Below are positions 42,350-55,024 of a stretch of 64,000 nt of DNA, one piece after another. The stretch covers positions 4,675,354-4,739,353 of the forward strand of contig OZ199838.1 in the NCBI GenBank assembly GCA_964304625.1. The letters are read 5' to 3'. Under the pieces are notes generated by a model. That model was given only the letters and a program-made list of their open reading frames with translations. It had not been told where the DNA came from and ran no database searches. Within the stretch, counting starts at the first letter, position 1. Each line of letters begins with the position of its first letter. The translations under genes and the position numbers were made by a program. The stretch comes from Kudoa neothunni (Eukaryota; Animalia; Cnidaria).

Positions 42350-43097
42350 AATTAGTTATTTAATACAGATAATAATTGCGGAGAAATTGATTCCCGTGGT
42401 AATAGCCAGTGCCTATTTTCCATATCATCAAAATGCGAAACTCGCATTATTTGGAGAAATTTATGTAATGAGAATAAATCACAATATGTCTTTCCTTCTT
42501 CTAACCCAAATATCTCTTTAACCGATCCTCGGTTATCCCTGTGATATCCCATCAGAAATAAACAGCTAATGAACCCATCCAATTCGATCCATCACCGAAA
42601 ATTTTTCCACCCATGTACTGGTATATTTTAAAATAATGGCGTACATAACAAAATTAAATATTATTCTGAAAGTATCAATTGTATTTTGTAATAAAAACGG
42701 AGAGAAACTAGGACGACTATTCATAATATTTGCAACACATGTTCTGGATGCCAACGGCGGGTTCATCGACCATAACGTTCCGTTCTTGTGTATTAATGAG
42801 TTAAGTTGTATATCTGTATCAATATCAAATTTTTCTAAGGATAAATAATCATGAAATGAGGAAAATGAATCCGAAGACTCGGTATTAGAGTAACTACTAT
42901 TAAGATCACTTGAACACATCATTTAAATTAATTATGGTGCATGCGCAATGCAGATTAAGATAAGATATTCATGCAATAAAAATATATTTAATCGATAAAA
43001 TTTTTTCAACGTTTTCCAAAACATTTAAATCAATATTTTGGATAATTAGATGAAAAGAAATCGTGGGGTTCAAAAGACTCCAATTATACTTGGTGGG
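42350..43097 (-). mobile_element. piggyBac 5' fragment (TIR and N-terminal transposase)
   Basis: ORFs 42566-42922 and 42352-42582 (KNGTLWS, HFDDMENR). End GGGGTTCAAAAGACTCC...CTTGGTGGG-TTAA. Confidence 0.75.
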
Positions 43098-43101
43098 TTA
43101 A

Positions 43102-43929
43102 AGACCTTGTTACTCCGTTTTATGGCGCTGGAAAAGGAGTTACTGTCGATAACTTTTTTACCTCGGTTCTATTAGCGAAGGAATTGCATGCCAACAAAAT
43201 AACTATGCCTAGAACCATCCGTGCCAATAAGCGTGAGATACCACCTGAGTTTTTAAAATCACCTGAATGTGAAGTATTTTCTTCAATTTTCGGGTTCAAT
43301 GGAGACTTAACTTTGGTTTCTTATGTGCCTAAGAAAAATTACGCAATCAACCTCTTGTCGACGGAGCATCATGATATTCCTATCGATAATAAGACGAGGA
43401 AAAGACCTAGCATAATCGCTCATTATAATAAAACCGAAGGCGAGGCCTGCAACGCAGAAAAGATGACCTTGTCTTATTCGTGGTCCAGACTTGCTCGTAG
43501 ATGGCCATTGAAAATTTTCATGGACATGCTAGATATTGCAGCGCTCAACGCCAACATTCTATGGAAAAATGAATATCCAAACTGGAAGAAAAATTGTAGA
43601 AGTAAGAGGCAGCATTTTCTAAGACAACTCTCCGTGGAGTTAGCAAGACCAAATGTTTCTAATCGCCAAACTGAGTCTAATAGATATTCAAGATCTATAA
43701 AATATGGTTTTAGTCCATTACACGAGAATAGTGATAATTACTGCACCAACGAGTTCCCCTTGCGTTAAAAGGCGCTTTCACCAATACGAAATATAAATTG
43801 ATGTCATTACTGCCCTAGGAACATGGACAAAAAACTCACATTACATGTTTCGGCTGCTACAAATTTCTTTGCGCGAAACATCGAAATCAAAAAATCCTCA
43901 CCTACTGTCCGAATTGTAACCAATGATTA
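43102..43929 (+). pseudogene. piggyBac transposase C-terminal half
   Basis: Reads GVTVDNFFTSVLLAKEL...LVSYVPKKN..LLSTEH..YNKTEG..RRWPLKIF..LDIAALNA, with a C-terminal Cys-rich domain at about 43800-43920. Confidence 0.85.
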
Positions 43930-44116
43930 ACTTAATTAGATGTGTTATAATTTGTTTACTTTTCCTCTGAGAATAGCATTCTCGTTTCGTTCATGTCTCA
44001 ACCACATTTATTCAAATCATTTTAATATTTGCCACAATTAAACTCGGAAAAATTACATTATAGTTGGTATTAGATGAAGTTAGTCATTTCATCTTTATTT
44101 ATTTCTTAACCATTAA

Positions 44117-44602
44117 CCCTTTCCGTGAAAGATATCGATTACAGGTTTTGTGAGTGTGTCATTATAGAATGAAACTGCGCTAACGAATAGCATCTGATTA
44201 ATAAAAAAACTTCAGAAATGAATTATTGTTGCTATTATTATCATCTATTTAAATCCATTCATTTTCATTTAGATTCTTTAATTTAAAACAACTTGATTTC
44301 CGCAATTAACTATATTTCGACCATATTTATTGGTCCATATGGTTTAAATCATTGTTTGGCAAAAAATAGGAGAATTGGCTGGTTGTACGCTCTTGTAGCT
44401 TCACTTTAGTGGATTTGCAATATTGTCGGTTTTTTAACACAGGGTCAAAACATTTTTCTATGTTAACGTCAATTAACATATATGTTTATGATAGTTAAGA
44501 TTATGTAGATTTCGGAGGATTTAAAATTTATTATTTTCTGGGGTACGGCAGATACCCCACGTCGGATCACGCGTAATTTTATTCAACCCAGTACGGGAAG
44601 GG
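44117..44602. mobile_element. piggyBac-type MITE
   Basis: TTAA-CCCTTTCCGT and ACGGGAAGGG-TTAA ends. Confidence 0.75.
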
Positions 44603-45284
44603 TTAAGGGGCTACGCAGTTGTTTTGAGGAAAGAGCGTATGAAAGTGTTCCGGATAAATAGACATTATTTTGAGCAATACTAATTAATCTTCGCAAGTTA
44701 TAATCGAGTTAAACAGTTTTTGCTATTTTTATGATCACCCTAAATGTTATTAATTTTAAATCCATACTTATCACAGTCGTTAAAAATATGGATTTAAAAA
44801 ACAAGGTTAATTTGAATTCTTCTCTGAATTAATTGAAAAAATTGATATATTTCATTATTTTATATACATTTTCTGGGATTAAATATACCCAATCCCGTGC
44901 AGAGCTGGGTAGTTCGCGCTAGTATGAAATAAATTTTGGCGTTAGAACCACCTGATAAATGTTTGTGGATCTTGTTTACATTAGATTTGGTTTATTGATG
45001 GCACAAAATATAGGAAAACGAATTAAATAGATTAATTTTTTAATCTTAAAAGCTTTAATTAGAGCAACACATAGTCAATCGAAATCGCACTTAAGATCTA
45101 ATGCGACGGCTGTTGACGAAAGTGATATTTGTAGGATTCTCGAGATTATTAGAGAATTTATTTACGCTGTAACACATTATTCTTTTTTTATATCCACTAA
45201 AATTTTATTTATTTCTTCTTACGACACTTGATTGTAACAAATATATATATATATATAAAGTAGTAGTATCCATGTACAAATCTG

Positions 45285-48255
45285 GGTAATTGTGGAGTGT
45301 GTGGCTCCCCCATTTTTGGCGGGTTTTACGATTTTTTTCGTCGGAAGCAGTTCCAAAAAATGTTATATGCTCTTCTCATCTGGAGCGAATCAAAATTTTC
45401 CTCAAAATTATAAAAATAAATTTTTCTTCTCATCGCATATACGACAATGTAATAAACAATTAAATCTCCATGTTATACACGAGTTTCTGTATTCCACCAT
45501 GAAGGAATACGATTTTGAGTATGAATTGTACAACAAACTGTTTATAATATTTTTACATTGTATTCCACCGAAACTAATTTCACAATAAGTTATTATTAGC
45601 GCTTGTCGTTTAGACACGTAGAATATTAAAAATTTGTCCATAGTCAAAACATTTTTTCGTTAACATTTTGTTTAAATTATAGAAATATAACTATTTTTAG
45701 TTATCTGAATTTTTTTAATCGAATCGCTATATTATTAGATACAATTCCTTAGTGCCATGTGATAAATTGTCACCTAAATTGTACTTAAAGCGTCGTTATT
45801 AATTGTAAAATGCATAAATAACTAATATGGTAGTTCATAAAAACTTTTATAATTGAGAATAATCTCTAGACATGAAATTTATTTTTACGGACGATTATGA
45901 ATAAAAAATCCAGATTTCTGTGAGTAATTTTATATCAATTTTTATTGTTAAATTTCTTTTTTCTACATTTTCATGGTTTTTTATGTAATAAAGAAAAGTA
46001 TATGTTGAGTTAAGATTTTCATCACATTAACTACTACCTATAATAATATTCTAAGGTTGCTGTCACTCAAATTTCGGTCCAACGTTGAAATAAAATACAC
46101 ACACATAATTTTATTTCGTTTAAAGTAAATATTTTTGTTGAAGATATTATTCTTTTAGTTATTATAATCCAAGAATGCCGAATATTAATATCATGTTTGT
46201 AACGAACAAATTTAAAGTAACCTGGCCTGATTTGTTGTTATTTGAGGGATTTATGTAAAATCATGTTTTAAAATTAATGTTTAAATGGAACCAATAAATT
46301 TTCTATATAAAGACAAAATATGACTAATTTTCAATTTCGTGGCATGACGGCGGTTACTCTCTCCTTATTAGCGATGAATCGATTACAGTAAATAATTATT
46401 ATCGGAAAGTTTATATCGGGAACTTAAAAGGGAGAAAGAAATAATAATATTTTATAGCAAGCGATTTTCGGAAGTTGAAGTATAAAACAAAGAAATATTT
46501 CACTTAGTTTTTTCTTAATATTTGCTTTAAATAACTATAATGAATTATATTCAAGTTGATATCATTTTAATTACGGCACCGTTCAAAAGATCAATATTAT
46601 ATGGAACTTGATTTTTATTGAATTGATAACAACTGTGGAGCTGCACTTAGTCTTTATCTGGAATTTAAATCCGTTACCGGGCTGCGGCTTGCAAGCCACT
46701 GTGGTAACGACAACATCTTGTACAAAAGAGATAGCGATTCTTTGTTTTATAGCCGGCATAAAAACCATCATCCGACAAGTTTGTGGTCTGCCTTCGCGCT
46801 AAGAATAATGGAACTAACAATTAGAGGAGATGATGAATTTTTCGTGCTTGTTAACGACTGTGAAAAATTAGTCAAATTTTTAATGGATCATAAATTAATC
46901 ATCGATGTTCCAAAAAGATGCCGGAATTACTGGAGGTGTAATTTACTTTACATTTCTACGAAAAAATGTAATTTGAAAACCTCTTTGAATGAGATGATGT
47001 TGTACGAGAGGAACGGCATCACATTTTAATATATTTACATTTGTAAGGAGTAATTTTGTGATTGTTTCCGTTTATTAAGAAGAATGTAGTAAATATTGTA
47101 AAACAAAGGTGTCTCCGTGTAGGGGTACCTTCTTTCATCCTCGTCGGAGTCCCCCAACGGATCCACTAATTTATTTATCAAAAAAATAATGAAAATAATA
47201 TATTATTGGGCCTGGACCACACAATGCTCTCTTTCATCGAGAATGTCAATATTGATACAAAAACTTATTTATATTGGGTTGCAAAAATAAGAAATGTTGT
47301 TTCCAATTTTTTCCGCAACCGGGAGAAGTTTGGCGGTCCAGGGTTCGTTGTAGAAATCGACGAAAATTTGTTGCGAGGAAAACGGAAAAACCACAAAGGT
47401 GGATATTTGGGGTTCGACAAATGGAAAACTTCCAAAAATAAGGGAGTCTCCCATTCCCAATCAAGAATATACATTGAAGGTAATTGTACTGGAAAACCTT
47501 TTAATACCCCCAAAAAGGGTTAAACAATTGGGAGTGAATATTGTCCACCAGGCTTTTAAGTTGATTTCATATATGGTAATAAGTATATATCTTATTAATA
47601 ATCTAAACTATTTCTAGATGATGAACCGATCGTGGCCCAAAGAGATCGATACAATAATAGAATCGATGAGCCTTGGGTCTTTGGTATCTGTCTTTGTTCC
47701 CTAAGAGAGGACAAAAAAAGAAACTTAGAAAAAGTTAGATATTTCTATGTTGAAAAAAGAGATGCCAGGACCCTTGTGCCCATCATTCTTAATGAAGTCA
47801 TCCCCGGAACCACTATTTATGGTGACGCATGGGGTGCATATAACACTCGGAGTGATCATGGTTTTGACCACCAAACCGTTAATCACTCCGAGCGTTATAT
47901 GGATGGAAACAAACATTCTAACACCATTGAATGTTGTTGGAATGTTTTGGAAACCAGACTTCTGAAGATAAGAAAGGGGATCAAATTTGAGCATATTCAT
48001 CCCCACCTCCAAGAATCCTGGTTTAGATCAACTCTACATCGAAAGATTGAGGTGTTCGCAACATTTATAAAACTCATTAAGTTAGAATAAGACTTGTAGA
48101 ACGTAAAATACTTTTATATTTATTTTTATAATTTTGAGGAAAATTTTGATTCGCTCCAGATGAGAAAAGCATATAAAATTTCTTTAGAACTGATTCCGAC
48201 GAAAAAAGTCTTAAAAAACGCTAAAAATGGGGTAGCCACTCGCTCCACAATAGTT
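45285..48255 (+). mobile_element. Full-length Merlin (IS1595-like) element, about 135-bp TIRs, 8-bp TSD, disrupted transposase
   Basis: TIRs at about 45285-45420 and 48120-48255; TSD CAAATCTG/CAAAGCTG. Transposase 46808-48090 reads GGPGFVVEIDENLLRGKRKNHKG...PWVFG...RDARTLVPII..PGTTIYGDAWGAY...HQTVNHSE...HSNTIECCW. Confidence 0.9.
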
Positions 48256-49415
48256 CAAAGCTGCTCCTTATACAGAGGCTCTATTGACTATTTGAGTTTT
48301 TAGTATACTTTAAAAAATACAAAATTAACTATTGAAATATAAGGGGGTTGTCTGATTGCCTTGAAAGTGGCGAATTGGCAATGTAAACTTTTTGTCAATA
48401 GATTAGCGCTGGCAATAATAAAATTACTACATCATGTGGCTTTCAATACAATAAAGTTATGGGTGTAGATAACTTTTATTTTCCGCAGCTGCTTCAACTA
48501 TAAAATAGTGATAAAATGTTTGTTACCATTCGAACATAGTTGGGACGTTCTATAGCGTTTTTTCTTGCGTGGGTCAGGTAACCAATCACTTGTTATCCAA
48601 ACGGGAGATTAATTCGCGTGGAATAATTACTTGCACTGTATTTTTAGTTTTTCCAAAAAAGATATTCTTTTTTTTATATACATTTAAATTTAAGTTAACA
48701 CGTGTTCTTTAAATGCAACACGATTAACAAACTTTTAGATTAGTTGGTTCATCCACGGGTTGATTAATGCGATTAATATGCCACACGGGTTGAAAGTAAT
48801 TTTGATTTCCAATTACGATGAAGTCCACTACAGGAGAAAGTGAAGAAGAAGGGGATATTACCGTTTAGTTTGATTAACGCTGTCTCCAAAAGAACGATAC
48901 CGTGATTATACTTTGCGGTTAGTACTTTCATTGACGGGCCAGTTAAAACATAAAGATTATTTGTATTTTTGTAAATAAATGATTCCACTGAGGCGAAGCC
49001 GAGTAATTCTATTCAAGAGATTTTTTAATTTAATATGCTTGTCAAAAGGATGATATTAGAAGCAAGTTTTGGGTTCATTCTGTTCAGAAAAGAGGTTATA
49101 TAAAAGGATTAATATTTTTTCATTTTAAATTAACCCGTTCCCGGGTAAAGCCGGAGTTTTTGCGCTATCTATACACATGAAGTTGTTTTGTTTGTGTGTG
49201 CTAATTTAATCTTTTTATCAATATGTATGCATCATGTTGATAACATTTAACTAATGTTTTTAACTAGGGATTAGTTTTTGCACTGTTTGATTAATGGTGA
49301 ATTTATGATGTGCAATATGTAAAATTTCTACAAGTTGAGACAGCGCTATGAATTAGGATTAAGTTCACTTATTATGCCAAATTAGTTAAATAAATCAAGC
49401 TTTATTTGTGTAATA

Positions 49416-50521
49416 GGACCACATTTGATTTAGACCCCCGTTAAAATTTCTGTTTTTAGTGATCAATAATTAATACGTTTGTGGATGTGTCGCCCTTTAT
49501 AATATTACCGCATTAGATAGGTTACGCTGACAGAGTATACTATTTAAGGGTTAGCTATCGATTATCCTTAGAACTGTGCGAATGATTTCCCAAAGATCTT
49601 TTGATAATATTTTTTGCATCGAGGATAACTCTATATAATATCTTATCAATATTGGTATCTTCAAAGCACCAAATAACTGTATAGAATGTAATGGAATTAG
49701 CCATTCTATATATCGAAAAAATTGGCGATGCTGCTCCAAAATGTGCAGAAAAGAAACATCCATTTTGAGTCGACATTTTTCAGTAATATGAAAATTCAAC
49801 TTCACGATTTTTTGGGGTTATCATATTACTGGTTGGTGGGTATAAAATGTGTTAACCTGGGCACAATTACCTGACACTCTTCTCAAACAATTACCGGTTA
49901 TTGTCACTATCTTCGCCAGCTGGTAGCAGATAGTCTGGACTTAGAGGATATAGTTATTGGTGAAGAAAATATAATTGTAGAGATTGATGAGTTTAAATTT
50001 GACAAGATGAAGCATGACAGAGGGAACGGTGTTAATGGAGCATGGGTTCTTGGAGGTTTCTGACAGAACCGCTGAGACTTTTATTCGAAAAATTAAAACG
50101 TGCGTCCATCCTGGCTCTATTATCATAATTGATTGCTTCAAAAGTTATGGAACGCTACACAATTTCTACACTCACCTCACTGTAAATCACCATATAGAAT
50201 ATGTGAATAATACTATAGGAGCCCCTATAAACACCATTAAAGGCACTTGGGGTTCTATAAAATAAAATATCACCAAGCAATAGGACATCTTCGGTTAATG
50301 AAGATGGTTCTGTCAGTATGGATGGTATCAACGAATTTCTCGGTGAATTTCAATGGAGAAGGAAAAACTATCACGATTTATGGGATGGCTTTATATCATC
50401 GTTAAAAAATTTTTAGTTTACTATAAATTAGATTTGTATTTATTGTGATTTTCATATTTTATTTCGATTGCGCTAATCCTATGTTAATTTGAGATTAGGG
50501 GAGTTATATCAAACTTCAGTC
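49416..50521 (+). mobile_element. Merlin element, decayed
   Basis: Degenerate TIRs GGACCACATTTGAT and ATCAAACTTCAGTC; TSD GTGTAATA/GTGTAATC. Motifs VEIDE, DRTAET, HLTVNH and NTIKGTW. Confidence 0.85.
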
Positions 50522-51151
50522 GTGTAATCTTTGTACTATTTATCCAAATACTCTTAATTTACTTTGAATTTAAAAATGATTTCGTTTAATAAATAAATAT
50601 AAATCGTTAATTCGATTGCTCATAAAATTGAAATTATTGTATTGTTGGTCAATAGTTTGTAAAATAAACTTCAAAATATTCATTAATTTTTGCTCAATAT
50701 CTCTATATTTGCATGGAAATTGCGCGCATATTTTTGTTTCTTTAAATCATCACAATACATAAATAAAAGTAGAGAAATAAATCCTAGAGGGTCAGCATAC
50801 TAATTAAATTAACTTTACCGTAGAATCTCTCCATTCAAAAATAAAACTAAAAGTTAAACTTTTTTATCACACAGTACTAAGCAAAGCTGGGAATTGGCGC
50901 TGGCGATAAAATAAAAACGTGAGGTATTTTTCTACTCCAGGGTCCATCGGAATGCAGTTGATTTTGGGTACATTAGAAGGTTAATATAAAATAAATATCA
51001 TAATTTTAACTAATGACATTATTTTAATAAATATGTTATAAACACTTTTAGTTTAAGAATTTTGTATTAAATTTTAAATAGTGGTTACTACTATTACCTT
51101 ATCAAAAATCTTGTCTTTATAAGCATTTTAGAGATATTATCTACTTTAATA

Positions 51152-51565
51152 CAGCGCAACCTCGGATTTTGACCATAATCCGTTCTAGAAATGTGTTCGA
51201 ACTCCGAATAATTTTTTCCCATGCAAAATAATGAAAATCAATTTAATCCGTTACCGCGCCTCAATTAAATGATTATTTTTATTCTTATTTTTTAAAAAAC
51301 AGGCGTAGCTTTTGCTTACAAAATATAACAAATGAATATTCATTATTGAATAAATATTTTTTGGTTGTCATACGATATATTATGAAGGGTTCTCTTTCGA
51401 TGACGTTTGCACGATTTGATTGAGAGAATCTTCATCTAGAATTTATTTTCCTCTCTGTTTTTTTCTTCGGCTGGATTTATCCTGAATACTCTTTCCATGG
51501 GTGCTTGAACTCGAAAGTGTTTCTGACTCAAAATTTTTGATCGAACTCCGTCCGAGGTTATACTG
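51152..51565. mobile_element. Tigger/pogo-type MITE
   Basis: TA-CAGCGCAACCTCGGA and TCCGAGGTTATACTG-TA ends. Confidence 0.7.
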
Positions 51566-52634
51566 TATACAATTGCTTGTATATGTTGTTTATGTTATAT
51601 TGAAGTCCGTATTTTTCGATTCCATTCATTATTATTTTAAAATTAATGATCGATAATTTTCCACCATTTAAATTAAAATATATTTAGCTATCAATATAGG
51701 TTAGAGTTACCTGTTAATATACCTTCATTATCAAATGAAGCGTTGTTTAAAAACTAACGTAATTTGATATTCCTTCATAACTCAGCTATTTCATTAGATA
51801 TGTTGACTAGGTAATCATCAATTAATTCATCTAAAACAGTGATTCCAGAAAACCCAAGGGATGCGAACTATGGTCTTGAGAGTGCGAGATTCGACCACGA
51901 TAGAAAGCAATTTTTAAGACAATTTGTGGTAGCTACACTTTATCGTGTGGATTTCATTTTGTAATCAAATGAGGGTGCGAGTCCAACTTCAGTTGGGAAG
52001 AGATGATCTAAAACGTTATATACCAAAAAAATCTTATTTTAAAACGTTAAAGCTCGGACTAAATATTTTGTGAAATATTACAACTTTTGTAATCTGAAAC
52101 TAAACTATGAAATTATGATATTATTCCTTAGAGCATCTAGTCAACGAAAAACAAGAGCAATGTCGATACTAAGCCAAACAAAACTAGGACTAAAAACATT
52201 ACATTTTTATATGAGTTTTAATTGCGTTAAATTTTATCACTTGTTTTTTCCTGGGGATTTATATTAACATTATTATAGAATTCAAATAATCGAGAAAATA
52301 TTAATTGAAAAATAGAGAACATAGAGATTTACATGCACGTTGCATAAATCGATAATGCCTAACTGTTATCTTCATCCCACCAATGTTAACTTTTAGCATT
52401 CAAATTTTCTCACAGCACTCGGAATTTTAATTAAATTTCCATAAATTTTTCTGACAAACAAAAATTTTATCACGTTCATTCATTGAGTCACAAGATGCTA
52501 GGTAAAATAGAAATCAGGGATTGAGCGAGAAAAACGCCAAGCAAAACTCCATTCGTGGTTTTTAGAATTGAAGGTTAAAAATTGAAACAAAGGCTTGATG
52601 TACTAACTGAATAAAACATATTTTATGCGTATCG

Positions 52635-53463
52635 CTATTGGTGGACACATCGGAACAGGTCAAGACATACGTCCTTATAGGATAGGCCCCATTTGTCGAC
52701 CTCCAGTCGAAAATGTTTAATCAACAAACTTCCCAAAGCGAGCAAATATTTGCACTAAAACAGATTTAATGGCCAATTTAATAATTGTAGACAACATACA
52801 GATTCTATTTCCGTTTCCCCAATCGCACTTGAACATGCTTCATCCATAAATGTTCCACTTATGAATAGTTTCTGAAGACGGCTCCTCTCAGTGAGAAATG
52901 CTGATAGTATTATCTACATGAAAATAAATGTTATATTTTTTATTTTTATCGATATAATTACTTCACAGGTGTCGCAGAAAGGATCGTCACCCCTTAACTC
53001 ACCTGCATTATCACAGTTATAAGATAGTTTCAACAGTTTCTCCATTAGTGTTACCTTTTCTGTCATGGAATCGTTCGCCGTATTTCCAGTACGTGGAATT
53101 GGAAAACGACGTTTGAAGATCCACCCTCTTGTTTAATCCCTCAACGAGTTTTCGATAAATCGACTGCATTACTGGACACTATAACGAATTCAATTCATTT
53201 TACAGTAGAAAATATTGCTGTGTATCGTAATCGACAACAAATTGGAGCAGCTATTTCATAGAAATCGTTCGGAATCTGATTTAAGTACTCTCTTCCAGTT
53301 AATTTGTTCCTTGAAGCTAGCATAAGCTAACCATTGTTATCATACTTTATGCAAAACTATATTTACTTTATTTGTAATCAACAGACTGAGACAAAATTGA
53401 ATATATACTAAAAATGATACATTAAAAAAATTATCTAACAATACTTATGGAGTAGAAATTCAT
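52635..53463 (-). CDS. Probable secreted saposin-like protein, paralog 1 (7 exons)
   Basis: Spliced product: MNFYSIIYIQFCLSLLITNK^LMLASRNKLTGREYLNQIPNDFYEIAAPICCRLRYT^CPVMQSIYRKLVEGLNKRVDLQTSFSNSTYWKYGERFHDRK^GELRGDDPFCDTCE^IILSAFLTERSRLQKLFISGTFMDEACSSAIGETEIES^CKYLLALGSLLIKHFRLEVDKWGLSYKDVCLDLFRCVHQ*. Six-Cys spacing C-x2-C-x27-C-x11-C-x28-C-x5-C fits a saposin B-type domain. Confidence 0.8.
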
Positions 53464-53735
53464 TTTCTGATTTTGTCCGCCTATATAATATAAAAAATCT
53501 TTTTTTCGGGACGAAATACATTTCTTATCATTTATAATCATTAAATTTATACAATAGCATCTATTGATAAATTTACAGCAAATTCATGGACTAAACTGAT
53601 AGAATTCAACTTCTTGAGATTAAAGATAATTATTTGCTAACCAAATTGATTAAAAAACAATCTAGAATAGACTTATTGTGATTTCAATATCTGAAATCCT
53701 TTTTATATTTAGTCTCAGATAATTAGCTTTAAAAT

Positions 53736-54902
53736 GGGCTGAAATTTGATCTAAGCCCCCATAATCCTCAATAAAATAATGCTTATATCTATTATAAAAA
53801 CAAATTTTATACAAAACGCAACAAAAAAGCTAATAAGAGTTGTTTGATTGTAGATTGATTTTTAGAGATTGTATGAAATCACTCCATAAGTCGTGTTGAT
53901 TTTTTCTTCTCTATTGGAATTCACCAAGAAATTCATTAATGTCATCCATAAGAACTGTTCCATCTTCATTAACTGATGATGTTCTATTTCTTGGGGATAT
54001 TTGGTATTTTATGACACGCCAAATGCCCTCAATAGTGTTGGTGTGATCTCTCGAAGCATTATCCACATATTCTATACTGTGGTTAACAGTGAGGCGAGTG
54101 TAGAAATTACGAAATGTGGCGTAGCCTTTGAAACAGTCATTTATGATAATAGAGTCTGGTTTAACATAGGTTTTGATTTTTTTAATTAGAGTTTCAGCAG
54201 TTCTATCAGGGACCTCCATTAGACACATTATTCATTGGGATGTCCTTTCAACACATCCAAGAACCCATGCTTCATTAACTCCATGGTCTTCGTTATGCTT
54301 TGTTTTACCAAACTTCGACCCCTCAATTTCTACGATTGTGTTTTCTTCTCAAATTATGACGTCCTTGAATCTTACACTGTCGGCCATCATTTGTCTAAGG
54401 TAGTGCGAATAGTTTGTGACAGTTTGAGAAGAGTGTCCAGTTATAGTGATCATGTTAAGGGTTTTAACACCCACTAACCAATAATAATAATAATAATAAG
54501 CCAACTGCATGAAATCGTTAAATTTAAGTTTCATACTTTTGAAGATCATGAAGTAAAAAGTGGAGACTTCTTTCCGGCAAAACTTTTCCCAACATCGCCA
54601 ATTTTTTCTGTGGATCGAAAATCTGAGTCCACCACATTTACTGCAATCAGTGGGCTCTTCAAAAACGCCAAGTTCAACAGGATAATTAATGGGATTTTTC
54701 TTTTCATTGAAAATTTTATCGAATGTGATTTTTGGTGTAATCATTGTTTGTAAATAGCGACTTAATTCTTATATATCATGTTTGTGATTCGGTAATCCTC
54801 ATGGTGCGATACTAGTACTACCAGCACTAAACAAACGATTAGCTTAGCCGCTAATCTTGATAATGTTACAGGATTAGTTGGGGATGGATATCAAATATAA
54901 TC
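53736..54902 (-). mobile_element. Merlin element (same family as 49416-50521), decayed
   Basis: ORFs 54349-54744 and 53911-54228 (VPDRTAETL...TVNHS...HTNTIEGIW). TIR GGGCTGAAATTTGAT; degenerate TSD TTTAAAAT/TTTGAAAC. Confidence 0.88.
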
Positions 54903-55024
54903 TTTGAAACGTATTATGGCGCAGTAAAAACAAAAATACGCATATAAAACGAAATATTAATCATGAGGACAATAAGACTATAGCCCTCGAAATATAATTG
55001 GTTAGGTTGCTCACCACGATTATT

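Noticed and set aside
45285-54902. IS1595-like (and, at 40687-41935, IS630-like) transposases as bacterial contamination or recent transfer
   Set aside because: They are interleaved with intron-containing animal genes and some appear to have introns, consistent with eukaryotic Merlin and Tc1/mariner elements.
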